Below are positions 1 through 7,523 of a stretch of DNA of 10,729 nt, piece by piece. The notes below the pieces were generated by a model. That model did no database searches. It saw nothing but the letters and a program-made list of their open reading frames with translations, and had not been told where the DNA came from. This DNA comes from Nitrospinota bacterium. Lineage in GTDB: Bacteria; UBA8248. Each line of letters begins with the position of its first letter. Within the stretch, counting starts at the first letter, position 1. The stretch spans positions 1-10,729 of the forward strand of contig JAYGFR010000378.1 of the NCBI GenBank assembly GCA_046581755.1, in the 5' to 3' direction. The position numbers and the translations under genes were made by a program.

Positions 1-100
1 CCAGGCCGGCCGGAAAAATGTTTCATGGCGGGGCTTTGGGGGAATCGGCACCGTGCGGCGTCCCGAGAAGGCCTTGACTCTATTCAGGCACAAAAACCCC

Positions 101-129
101 TTGACCGGGGAGGATGGGGGGCATATATT
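101..129 (+). promoter_or_regulatory. sigma70-type promoter of the marR-permease operon
   Basis: TTGACC (101-106), a 17-nt spacer, then TATATT (124-129); each hexamer is 5/6 to consensus and the element lies about 70 nt upstream of the marR start. Confidence 0.7.
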
Positions 130-143
130 TGACTTAGTCAAAT
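127..143. promoter_or_regulatory. palindromic operator, probable MarR autoregulatory site
   Basis: Perfect inverted repeat ATTTGACT-T-AGTCAAAT overlapping the -10 box and the expected transcription start; MarR dimers typically bind such sites at their own promoter. Confidence 0.75.
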
Positions 144-197
144 GTTGACCTAGGCACCGTTCCAGGTAATTTCGAAATATTCGGGGTGGGGGGGATC

Positions 198-698
198 ATG
201 GCTGTCAAGGAAATGGCTGTGAATGAAAAGACCAGGGCCGCTCACGCCGCACGCGAAGAGCCCCTGGGCTACCGCTTCCACCAGGCGCTCCACCGCCTCT
301 GGTCGGTCTTGCATCCCATGGACCGGGAGGCCGTCTGCTGCCATGACATCACCCTCACCCAGTGGCATCTGCTTTGCGCCTTGTGCGAGGAGAGATCGGC
401 GCCGCTGACGATGGGTTTCCTGGCCTCACGGCTGGGCCTGACGCCGAGCGGGCTGACCCGTTGCTCGGACCCGCTCGTTGAGCGGGTGCTCGTCAAACGG
501 GGACAAAAACCGGGCGACCGGCGGGTTTGCTGCCTGCAGCCGACGGCGAAGGGGGTATCGCTCTGGGAGAAAATCCAGTGCGAATGCGCCGAGCGCGAGG
601 GCCGGCTCATTGAGCATCTCCCTGACGGGGAGAGCGAAAGTTTTGTGGCGGCGCTTGAGCGCCTGGCCCAGGCGGCCGAAACAGGCGGAGAGAGATAA
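198..698 (+). CDS. Cys-rich MarR-family transcriptional regulator
   Basis: MarR winged-helix pattern: ITLTQWHLL, LTMGFLASRLGLTPSGLTRCSDPLVERVLVKR, wing motif PGDRRVCCLQPTAKG. Nine Cys (CC, CxxC, C, CC, CxC). Start uncertain: GTG186, ATG198 or ATG213. Confidence 0.9.
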   Translation: MAVKEMAVNEKTRAAHAAREEPLGYRFHQALHRLWSVLHPMDREAVCCHDITLTQWHLLCALCEERSAPLTMGFLASRLGLTPSGLTRCSDPLVERVLVKRGQKPGDRRVCCLQPTAKGVSLWEKIQCECAEREGRLIEHLPDGESESFVAALERLAQAAETGGER

Positions 699-702
699 CG
701 GC

Positions 703-1836
703 ATGACGACCGAACTCAAGCCCATCGCCATGGGGAGCATTTCCGTCGGAGGGGCCTGCTGCGCCCCGGCGACGCCGGAAGGCGCGGGCGGCGTGAATGA
801 ACCCGCCACCCAATTGCCACCGAAATGGCGGGGCCTTCTGATGTACGCCGTCCCGCTTGCCGCCCTCACGGGCCTGGCCGCGCTGTGGGCCGCCCCGCGC
901 GCGAGCTTGGAGGGGCTGGGCGGTGAGATCTCGAAAAACGCCCTTTTCGTCCTCAAGAATATCCAGCAGATCGCTCCCTATCTCATCCTGAGCGTGGGCG
1001 CCGCCACCTGGGCCTCCCTCTCGGGGTTTTCCGAGCGGATCCGCTCCGTCTTCCACCGAAACGAAAAGGTGGCGGTGGCAGGCGCGGCGGCCATCGGGGC
1101 GACCATCCCGATTTGCTCTTGCACCGTCATTCCCCTGATCGCCGGGCTTTTGGGCGGAGGCGTTCCCTTCGGCCCGATCATGGCCTTTTGGATCAGCGCC
1201 CCTTTGATGAGCCCGGAGAAATTCATCCTCACGGCGGGCGTGCTGGGCACCCATTACGCCGCCGCCCGCCTCGTGACCGCGGTCGTTCTCGGCGCGGGGG
1301 CCGGATACTTCGTCTCCTGGCTCGGCGCGCGGGGCCATCTCCGCGATCAGCTTCATGGCCAGGCGCTCCCGGGGGGCTGCTGTGCCGCCGGGGAGGCCTC
1401 CTCCCCCGGCGAGGCCGTTCAGCGCATCTCCCTCAAGCGATTCGGGACCGAAGCCGGAAAGATGAGCCTTTTCCTGGGGAAATGGCTTACCCTCGCCTTT
1501 TTGCTCGAGGCGCTCATCGTCCATTACGTTGACCCGGCCTGGATCAGCGCCGCCCTCGGCGGGGATCAGCCATTCGCCATCCCCCTGGCCACGGCAATCG
1601 GAATTCCCCTGTATACCTCGGGCGTGGCCGCCATCCCCATCGTCCAGGGACTCTTGGCGAGCGGCATGTCCGAGGGCGCGGCCCTGGCGTTCTTGATCGC
1701 GGGGCCGGTGACAACGGTTCCGGCCATGCTGGCCGTGCGCTCCCTGGTGAAAAACCGCCTTTTCTCCATCTATCTCGGCGCCGGCATCACCGGCTCCCTG
1801 GCGGCGGGCTACCTTTTTCAGGCATTTATGGGATAA
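703..1836 (+). CDS. ArsP/DUF318-family permease (predicted metalloid/metal efflux)
   Basis: Multi-TM hydrophobic protein with family motif TIPICSCTVIP, AFWISAPLMSP, and the second-repeat motifs GIPLY and GAALAFLIAGP. ATG703 lies 4 nt after the marR stop with GGAGAG upstream, so the listed 478 start is an overlap artefact. 377 aa. Confidence 0.88.
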   Translation: MTTELKPIAMGSISVGGACCAPATPEGAGGVNEPATQLPPKWRGLLMYAVPLAALTGLAALWAAPRASLEGLGGEISKNALFVLKNIQQIAPYLILSVGAATWASLSGFSERIRSVFHRNEKVAVAGAAAIGATIPICSCTVIPLIAGLLGGGVPFGPIMAFWISAPLMSPEKFILTAGVLGTHYAAARLVTAVVLGAGAGYFVSWLGARGHLRDQLHGQALPGGCCAAGEASSPGEAVQRISLKRFGTEAGKMSLFLGKWLTLAFLLEALIVHYVDPAWISAALGGDQPFAIPLATAIGIPLYTSGVAAIPIVQGLLASGMSEGAALAFLIAGPVTTVPAMLAVRSLVKNRLFSIYLGAGITGSLAAGYLFQAFMG

Positions 1837-1881
1837 CGTGCGACCGCGATTTTCGCCCCCCCCATACACCGGGAATCCGAC

Positions 1882-2595
1882 GTGCCCCAAAAAGACGCAT
1901 GGGACGATAAAGGCTTCGCCGACCGCTGGGACGGGAAGAACCACTTCCGCGACAACCCCGGCCGGGGCGAACAGTTCGACCTCATCGTTCATCTGCTGGC
2001 CGGCGGATGCCGCGAAGATTCGCTGATTCTCGACCTCGGTTCGGGCGCGGGGAGGGTGGAGGAACTCATCTTCGAGCGAATTCCCGGCGTCCGGGCGGTG
2101 GGCGTGGACTCATCCCATTCCATGATGGAGATCGCCCTGAGGCGCCTTGCCCCGTACGGGGAGCGCTTCATCCCCGTCACCGGCGGGATGAGCGAACTGG
2201 AAAAGCTTTCTCTTCCCGAGGGGCCCTACGCCTTTGCCATCAGCGTCCAGGCGCTTCACGAGGTCCCCCACGCAGAAAAACGCCGGATCATGGCCAGCGT
2301 GTTCGATCTCCTGGCGCCGGGCGGAACGTTCTTCGTTCTGGACCGAGTCGCGTTCGAGGGGGAGGCGCTCTTCGCCGAATTTCAGGGCGTATGGGAGCGG
2401 TTGAACCGCAAGGCTGAAATGGAAAACGGGATGACCTACCCCGAATATCTCGAAACTTACCGGAACAAGGACGACCATGTCGCCACCCTCGAGGAGCAGC
2501 TTTCATGGCTACGTGAAGCGGGGTTCACCGCCTCCTGCCTCTACCTGCACTTCAACCGCGCCCTCTTCGCCGCCCGGCGGCCCGGGAGCGGTTAG
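1882..2595 (+). CDS. class I SAM-dependent methyltransferase, substrate unknown
   Basis: Motif I LILDLGSGAG, acidic beta2 end VGVDSSHSMM, ISVQALHEV, LLAPGGTFFVLD, and C-terminal LEEQLSWLREAGF. GTG start with GGGA upstream. Confidence 0.88.
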   Translation: MPQKDAWDDKGFADRWDGKNHFRDNPGRGEQFDLIVHLLAGGCREDSLILDLGSGAGRVEELIFERIPGVRAVGVDSSHSMMEIALRRLAPYGERFIPVTGGMSELEKLSLPEGPYAFAISVQALHEVPHAEKRRIMASVFDLLAPGGTFFVLDRVAFEGEALFAEFQGVWERLNRKAEMENGMTYPEYLETYRNKDDHVATLEEQLSWLREAGFTASCLYLHFNRALFAARRPGSG

Positions 2596-2623
2596 CGACG
2601 CCCGGCGGCGCCCGCCCCGGTTC

Positions 2624-3376
2624 CTACATCGCGCACCAGCCGTCGTCCACGATCATGTCGTGCCCGTGGACGGCGCTCGCCTCGTCGGAGGCCAGAAATA
2701 CGGCGGCCCCCGCCATCTCCTCGACCGAGATGTAGGCGCGGCCCGTCGGGGTGTAGCTCTGCATCAGCTTCACGAACTCGGGGTCGTCCTGAAGGTGCTG
2801 GTTGAGCGGGGTGGCGGTGTTGCCCGGCGAAATGCAGTTGACGTTGATGCCGTCCTTGGCGATCTCGGCGGCCAGGGCCTTGGTGATCATGACGACGCCG
2901 CCCTTGCTCGCGCAGTAGGGAAGCGCGTTGGGAAAGGCGTGGGTTCCCGCGATCGAGGCCATGTAGACGATCTTCCCGTACCTCTTTTTCTTCATGATGG
3001 GGATCACCGCCTGGGAGAGAAGAAAATTTCCCTTGAGATTGATATCGAGGGTTCGGTCCCAATCATCCTCGGTGTACTCCTCCGCGGGCTTGTTGATCAT
3101 GATCCCGGCGTTGCCCACGAGGATGTCCACCGTGCCGAACGCATCGGTCACCCCCCCGACCATCGCATCGACCTCGGCCTTTTTCGACACATCGCACGGA
3201 AAGGCCCGGGCGGCCCCTCCGGCATCCGTAATCTTTCGAGCCACCGCCTCGCCCGTCTCGCGTGTGCGGTTCACGACCGCGACCTTGGCCCCCTCGCGCC
3301 CGTAGGCCAGGCAGATCGCCTCGCCGATTCCCATGGACCCGCCGGTGACGATGGCCACCTTATCTTTCAGCCTCAT
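2624..3376 (-). CDS. classical SDR oxidoreductase (FabG/glucose-1-dehydrogenase-like), probably NADP(H)-preferring
   Basis: TGGSMGIG, NAGI, catalytic Ser (MASIAG), YCASK, VNCISPG, C-terminal VDDG. Beta2 ends in NRT with no Asp. RBS-like AAAGGGGTGAG upstream. Confidence 0.93.
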   Translation of the reverse strand: MRLKDKVAIVTGGSMGIGEAICLAYGREGAKVAVVNRTRETGEAVARKITDAGGAARAFPCDVSKKAEVDAMVGGVTDAFGTVDILVGNAGIMINKPAEEYTEDDWDRTLDINLKGNFLLSQAVIPIMKKKRYGKIVYMASIAGTHAFPNALPYCASKGGVVMITKALAAEIAKDGINVNCISPGNTATPLNQHLQDDPEFVKLMQSYTPTGRAYISVEEMAGAAVFLASDEASAVHGHDMIVDDGWCAM

Positions 3377-3423
3377 ATCTCACCCCTTTTTTCGAATGCG
3401 ATTTCGAAAGCACTTACCGAACA

Positions 3424-5277
3424 TCAATCCGGTGCCGCCTGCCGGGACTCCCCGAGGGCGGCCCGCCGTCCGGCCGTCGCCGCCTCGTCGATCGAGCCCT
3501 CCTCGCGCAGGACGACGCCATATACCTCATAAGCCCGCTCTTTCGAGATCCAGCCCTCTTCCACGTCGATCCGTACCTGGGCGGCGGGCCGTTCAGTGGG
3601 CGGGCCGTAGCCGCCTCCTCCGGCCGAATAGGAGACGATCTTTTCGCCCGCCTTGAGGATGATGTCTTCGCAGGCGGGCAGCTCGACCAACTCGCCGTCC
3701 GCCTTGCGGTGATAGTTCCGGATACGCGCGCCGTCGAATCCGCCGAGCGTTCCCTTGGCGTTGTTGATGGCGCCGTCCGCCACATAGACCACTTCGAGAT
3801 CGCCGCCCCCGACCGGGCCGTATTCGCAGTAGCCCGAAGGCGCGCCCACGGTGCGCCCGGCGCCCTCGGTGTCCTCGACCAGCCGGCGCTCGTCCACGAG
3901 GAAAGGAAAATGCAGTTCGTCCAGCTCCACGCTGTCGATGAAGCACATCCCCGAGTTGCCCGCGTGGCAGATTGTCAGCCAGGCGTCCGTTTTCGCGGCC
4001 GCAGCGCCGCCCGTATCGAGCAGAAATATCTGGTTCACGAACGGCTCGTCCCCGCTCCGGGGGTCCACACCCGAAATGACGCCGAGCGAGGCGGGAAATA
4101 TGGGTCCGCACTCGGCCAGGCCGAGGCCATCCTTGATTTTCGAAAACGCCCGCTGGACGGGATTCGTCACCCGGTCGGCCAGGTTGGTCGTCGCCACCGA
4201 CATGCTCGTGGGATGCTTCCCCCCGCCCGCGACGCAGCCCTCGCGGATATGGACCTTGAGGCGGCGAAAACTGCCCGCGTTGGTGGGCACGAGGTCCTCA
4301 ATGCTGTTGAAGACGCCGATCATGGCCCCGGTCCGCGCGCAGGCCTCGCTGAGGTTGAGCCCGCAGGGCATGGCGTTCGGGTTGTCCCTGAGATCCACCT
4401 CGATTCGCGCCGCCTTGGCGTCGATCCGGACCCCGACCTTGATGCGAATCCCCTCCTCGGGCGTCCCCGGAACGGGGTCGTGGGTGCTGGTGGCGGTGGC
4501 GCTGCCACTTGGCATTTTCCGGATGGCGGCGATCATGACCATTTCGCTGTAATCGAACCACTCCGCCGCGAAGGTGTGGAGCGTCTCCCAGCCGTACTCG
4601 TCCGCCATGGCCAGAACCTCGCGCTCGCCGATTCGCGCGGCGCCGATCATGGCCAGGTAGTCGCCCCGCCACTGGACCGGCACGCGGATGCGCATCTGGC
4701 ACATGCGGATGATGTCCTCAATGTCCTCGAAATTCTCCTGGACCTTGACCGCCGGGAAGATCAGCGCGCCCTCTTCATAGACATCCCGCGCGTGGCCCAT
4801 GTAGGTGGTCGGCTGGCCGTTGCCGCAGTCGGCCTGGTGAGCCTTCACCCAAACGGTGAAGTGATGCTCCCCTTTTTTGTCGATGACTGGGACGAGGATG
4901 GTGTGGTCCGCCGGATGAGAGCATCCATGGTAGGGGGAGTTGTGTAAAAACGCGTCGCCGCGCCGGAGCACCGGATGGAGATCCATCATCGCCCGCGCCA
5001 TGAGGTCGGCCCCGCTCAGGACATGGATGGGCAGCGTCTCCGCCCCGGCCAGCAGTTCGCAGCCGCGCGTGACGATACTGGTGGAAAAATCCTTCGCCAG
5101 GTTGAGCACGCCCGAGCGCCCCGTCCGGAGGAGGGTGTTCGCCATCTTCGTCGTGATGGACTCGAAACGCTTGCTCAGTACGGCCAGGGTAACGGGGTCC
5201 ATCCCCCGTTTTTTCCGGCCGCCTCGGGCGGATTTTTTCGCCGCCGCTTTCTTGGTTTTGGCCTTCGCTCTCGCCAT
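3424..5277 (-). CDS. hydantoinase B/oxoprolinase-family subunit (HyuB/CapB-like, metal-binding)
   Basis: DPVTLAVL start of domain, LLRTGRS, KDFS, NSPYHGCSHPAD, KAHQADCG, DVYEEG, SVELDELHFP, AGGGGYGPP, AYEVYGVV. Alternative start at ATG5202. Confidence 0.93.
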   Translation of the reverse strand: MARAKAKTKKAAAKKSARGGRKKRGMDPVTLAVLSKRFESITTKMANTLLRTGRSGVLNLAKDFSTSIVTRGCELLAGAETLPIHVLSGADLMARAMMDLHPVLRRGDAFLHNSPYHGCSHPADHTILVPVIDKKGEHHFTVWVKAHQADCGNGQPTTYMGHARDVYEEGALIFPAVKVQENFEDIEDIIRMCQMRIRVPVQWRGDYLAMIGAARIGEREVLAMADEYGWETLHTFAAEWFDYSEMVMIAAIRKMPSGSATATSTHDPVPGTPEEGIRIKVGVRIDAKAARIEVDLRDNPNAMPCGLNLSEACARTGAMIGVFNSIEDLVPTNAGSFRRLKVHIREGCVAGGGKHPTSMSVATTNLADRVTNPVQRAFSKIKDGLGLAECGPIFPASLGVISGVDPRSGDEPFVNQIFLLDTGGAAAAKTDAWLTICHAGNSGMCFIDSVELDELHFPFLVDERRLVEDTEGAGRTVGAPSGYCEYGPVGGGDLEVVYVADGAINNAKGTLGGFDGARIRNYHRKADGELVELPACEDIILKAGEKIVSYSAGGGGYGPPTERPAAQVRIDVEEGWISKERAYEVYGVVLREEGSIDEAATAGRRAALGESRQAAPD

Positions 5278-5331
5278 GATTCATGTCCCTTCAAGAATCA
5301 ACCGATGGCTCCCACTTAACCAACGAATCGC

Positions 5332-7398
5332 CTAGACTTCGATCACCAGGCTTCCGCTTCGCGTCCGCTTCACCCGGGCGCCGGGATCGATGACGACGGT
5401 GGTGAATGGCGCTTCGATAATCGCCGGCCCCCGCATGGCGGCCCCCGGCTTCATGCTCTCAAACAGCGCCACCCGCGTGTTCACCATCCCCTTGCCGCCG
5501 AAAAATGCCTTGCGCCGGGCGGGAAGTTTCGCCTCGAACTTTTTTTCGTGGCCGAGCTTTCCGAGCTTCCCTTCCCGCAGCTTGCACCGCGCGATGGCGC
5601 CCCACCCGACGAACTCCACGTCCGAATCCGGATCGCGGACGGCGAATATCTCCTCGTGGGCGTCGTCGAATTCCCCGCGCACCCGCTCGACCTCCTTCGC
5701 CGTCCGGAAGCGCGTCAGTTCGATGGGCAGATGGATCTCCCAAATCTGGTGGCGGTAACGGGCCTCGGCGAAAATTTCGACCGAATGGTCGATCGCCCCC
5801 GCGCCGGGGCCCTTGAAAAACGCCTTGCATTTGGAGATGAGCGAATGCAGCGTGGCGTTCACCCCCTCGAAATCGAAATCCACCGAGGACGAATAATAGA
5901 GCGCCCGGAAGTCGGCGTGCAGATCGCTCATCAGCGCCCCGGCCGCCGAGAGCGCCGCCCCGATCTCGGGGATGACGACACGCCTGCAGCCCAGCCGCCG
6001 GGCGATGGCCACCGAATTCAGCCCGGCCGCCCCGCCGCCGCCGACGAGCACCGCCCCCCGGGGGTCGATCCCCTGGTCGATGGTGATCTCCTCGATGGCG
6101 CCCACCATGTTCTCGGTGGCGAGGCGGAGAATGGCCGCCGCCGCTTCTTGATTGTTCAGCTTCAGCGGCCTGGCCACGCTGGCGTGGATGGCCTCCTCGG
6201 CCCGGCCCGCGTCGAGCTTCATCGCCCCGCCCATGAAGTAGGCCGGATCGATGTGCCCGAGAACGAGGGAGGCGTCCGTCATCGTGGAGCGCTCGCCGCC
6301 CCGTCCATAGCACGCCGGTCCGGGAACGGCGCCCGCGCTCTGGGGGCCGACATGAAGCAGGCCTCCATCGTCCACCCAGGCGATGCTGCCCCCTCCCGCG
6401 CCGATGCTCTTCACGTCCACCGAGGGGAAACCGACGATATGGCCCCGGTAGCGCTGGCCGATCCAGCTCTCGGGCGTCATCGGGATCGTCCCCCGCCGGA
6501 CCAGGCTCACGTCATAGGTCGTCCCGCCCGTGTCGGCGACGATGGCCGTTTGGGATTGGGCGTCGGCGCGGGCGAAGTGGCGGCCCGCGATGGGGGCCAT
6601 CGAGGGCCCCGATCCGATGGCATGAATGGGCGCGGCGATGAGGTCGTCCACGTCCATCACCCCGCCCCGGGAGGTCAGCATGAGCAGCCGCCCGCGGAAT
6701 CCGGCCCCGGCCAGGCGCCCGGAAAGCCCTCCCAGGTAGCGGTTCATCAGTGGCTTGAGGGATGCGTCCATGCAGGCCGAGGAAGCGCGGCGGTACTCGC
6801 GGAGGATAGGGTTGAGAACATGGGAAAGGGTGTAGGGCACGCCCGGCAGGTGCTCTTCGAGCAATCCGCCCAGCCGATCCTCGTGCGCCGGATTGACGGT
6901 GGACCAGAGGAGGCATACCCCGACCGATTCCACCTCGAGGGTGCGCAGCCTGGCGATGATACCGATCGCGGCCGCCTCGTCAAAGGGACGGGCGACAGCT
7001 CCCTCCGAGGTGATGCGCCCGGGCACCTCGAAGGTCAAAGACCGCGGAATATAGGGCTTTGGGAAGGGGGCGAGAAAGTTGAACGGCTCGATTCGCCCGC
7101 CCTCGCGGAGAACGAGGACATCGGGATGGCCCTGGGTGGTGAGAAAGGCCGTCCGCGCGGTGTTTCCGGTGATGATGGCGTTGATGGCGTAGGTGGTGCC
7201 ATGAATGAAAAGCTCGCCGCGGGAAAGAAGCTCCCGGGCCGTGAGCGAAAGACCCTCGGCCGCGGCGTCCACCACGTCCAGGATTCCCCGGACGGGATCG
7301 TCCGGCGTCGTCGCGGCCTTGAACATATGGAGGACGCCCCTGTCGTCCTCCATCACCAGATCGGTGAAAGTGCCGCCGGTGTCCACGGCGAATCGCAT
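5332..7398 (-). CDS. hydantoinase A/oxoprolinase-family subunit (HyuA/CapA-like, ATP-binding)
   Basis: VDTGGTFTD, HGTT, REYRR, SGP, DTGGTTYD, IGAGGGSIAW, SAGAVPGPACYGRGG, GGAAG, GPAIIE..TTVVI. RBS AAGGAAGG upstream. Confidence 0.95.
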   Translation of the reverse strand: MRFAVDTGGTFTDLVMEDDRGVLHMFKAATTPDDPVRGILDVVDAAAEGLSLTARELLSRGELFIHGTTYAINAIITGNTARTAFLTTQGHPDVLVLREGGRIEPFNFLAPFPKPYIPRSLTFEVPGRITSEGAVARPFDEAAAIGIIARLRTLEVESVGVCLLWSTVNPAHEDRLGGLLEEHLPGVPYTLSHVLNPILREYRRASSACMDASLKPLMNRYLGGLSGRLAGAGFRGRLLMLTSRGGVMDVDDLIAAPIHAIGSGPSMAPIAGRHFARADAQSQTAIVADTGGTTYDVSLVRRGTIPMTPESWIGQRYRGHIVGFPSVDVKSIGAGGGSIAWVDDGGLLHVGPQSAGAVPGPACYGRGGERSTMTDASLVLGHIDPAYFMGGAMKLDAGRAEEAIHASVARPLKLNNQEAAAAILRLATENMVGAIEEITIDQGIDPRGAVLVGGGGAAGLNSVAIARRLGCRRVVIPEIGAALSAAGALMSDLHADFRALYYSSSVDFDFEGVNATLHSLISKCKAFFKGPGAGAIDHSVEIFAEARYRHQIWEIHLPIELTRFRTAKEVERVRGEFDDAHEEIFAVRDPDSDVEFVGWGAIARCKLREGKLGKLGHEKKFEAKLPARRKAFFGGKGMVNTRVALFESMKPGAAMRGPAIIEAPFTTVVIDPGARVKRTRSGSLVIEV

Positions 7399-7523
7399 GG
7401 ATGCCTTCCTTTCGCCAAACCCCGGTCAAGCGGAAAGGCGCCGGTTCGGGTTGGAATGCCGGGAATCTCAATGCCGCCCATTTAAGGGCATCCCGGCCCG
7501 GCGGGTCAAGGCGCGGGGCGCCC

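Noticed and set aside
1..24. Possible start of a divergent gene (minus-strand ATG at 24)
   Set aside because: Only 8 codons are visible and there is no RBS, so it cannot be supported.
478..702. 75-aa N-terminal extension of the permease ORF
   Set aside because: Overlaps marR out of frame; ATG703 has an RBS and coupled spacing.
607..1992. 461-aa antisense ORF, and similar long shadow ORFs at 2477-3532, 3709-4947, 5548-7485 and 7401-8651
   Set aside because: They lie opposite well-supported genes, have no recognisable motifs, and are expected from GC-rich codon bias.
1882..2595. Calling the methyltransferase arsM
   Set aside because: Only two Cys and no recognisable ArsM N-terminal or C-terminal Cys motifs.
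2571..2609. 11-bp direct repeat CGCCCGGCGGC flanking the methyltransferase stop; possible terminator between the convergent genes
   Set aside because: All-GC sequence likely to recur by chance; no clean hairpin with a U-tract.
3390..3409. Small inverted repeat TTTCGAA-N6-TTCGAAA between hyuB and the SDR
   Set aside because: Short and weak; no supporting promoter or second copy in a comparable context.
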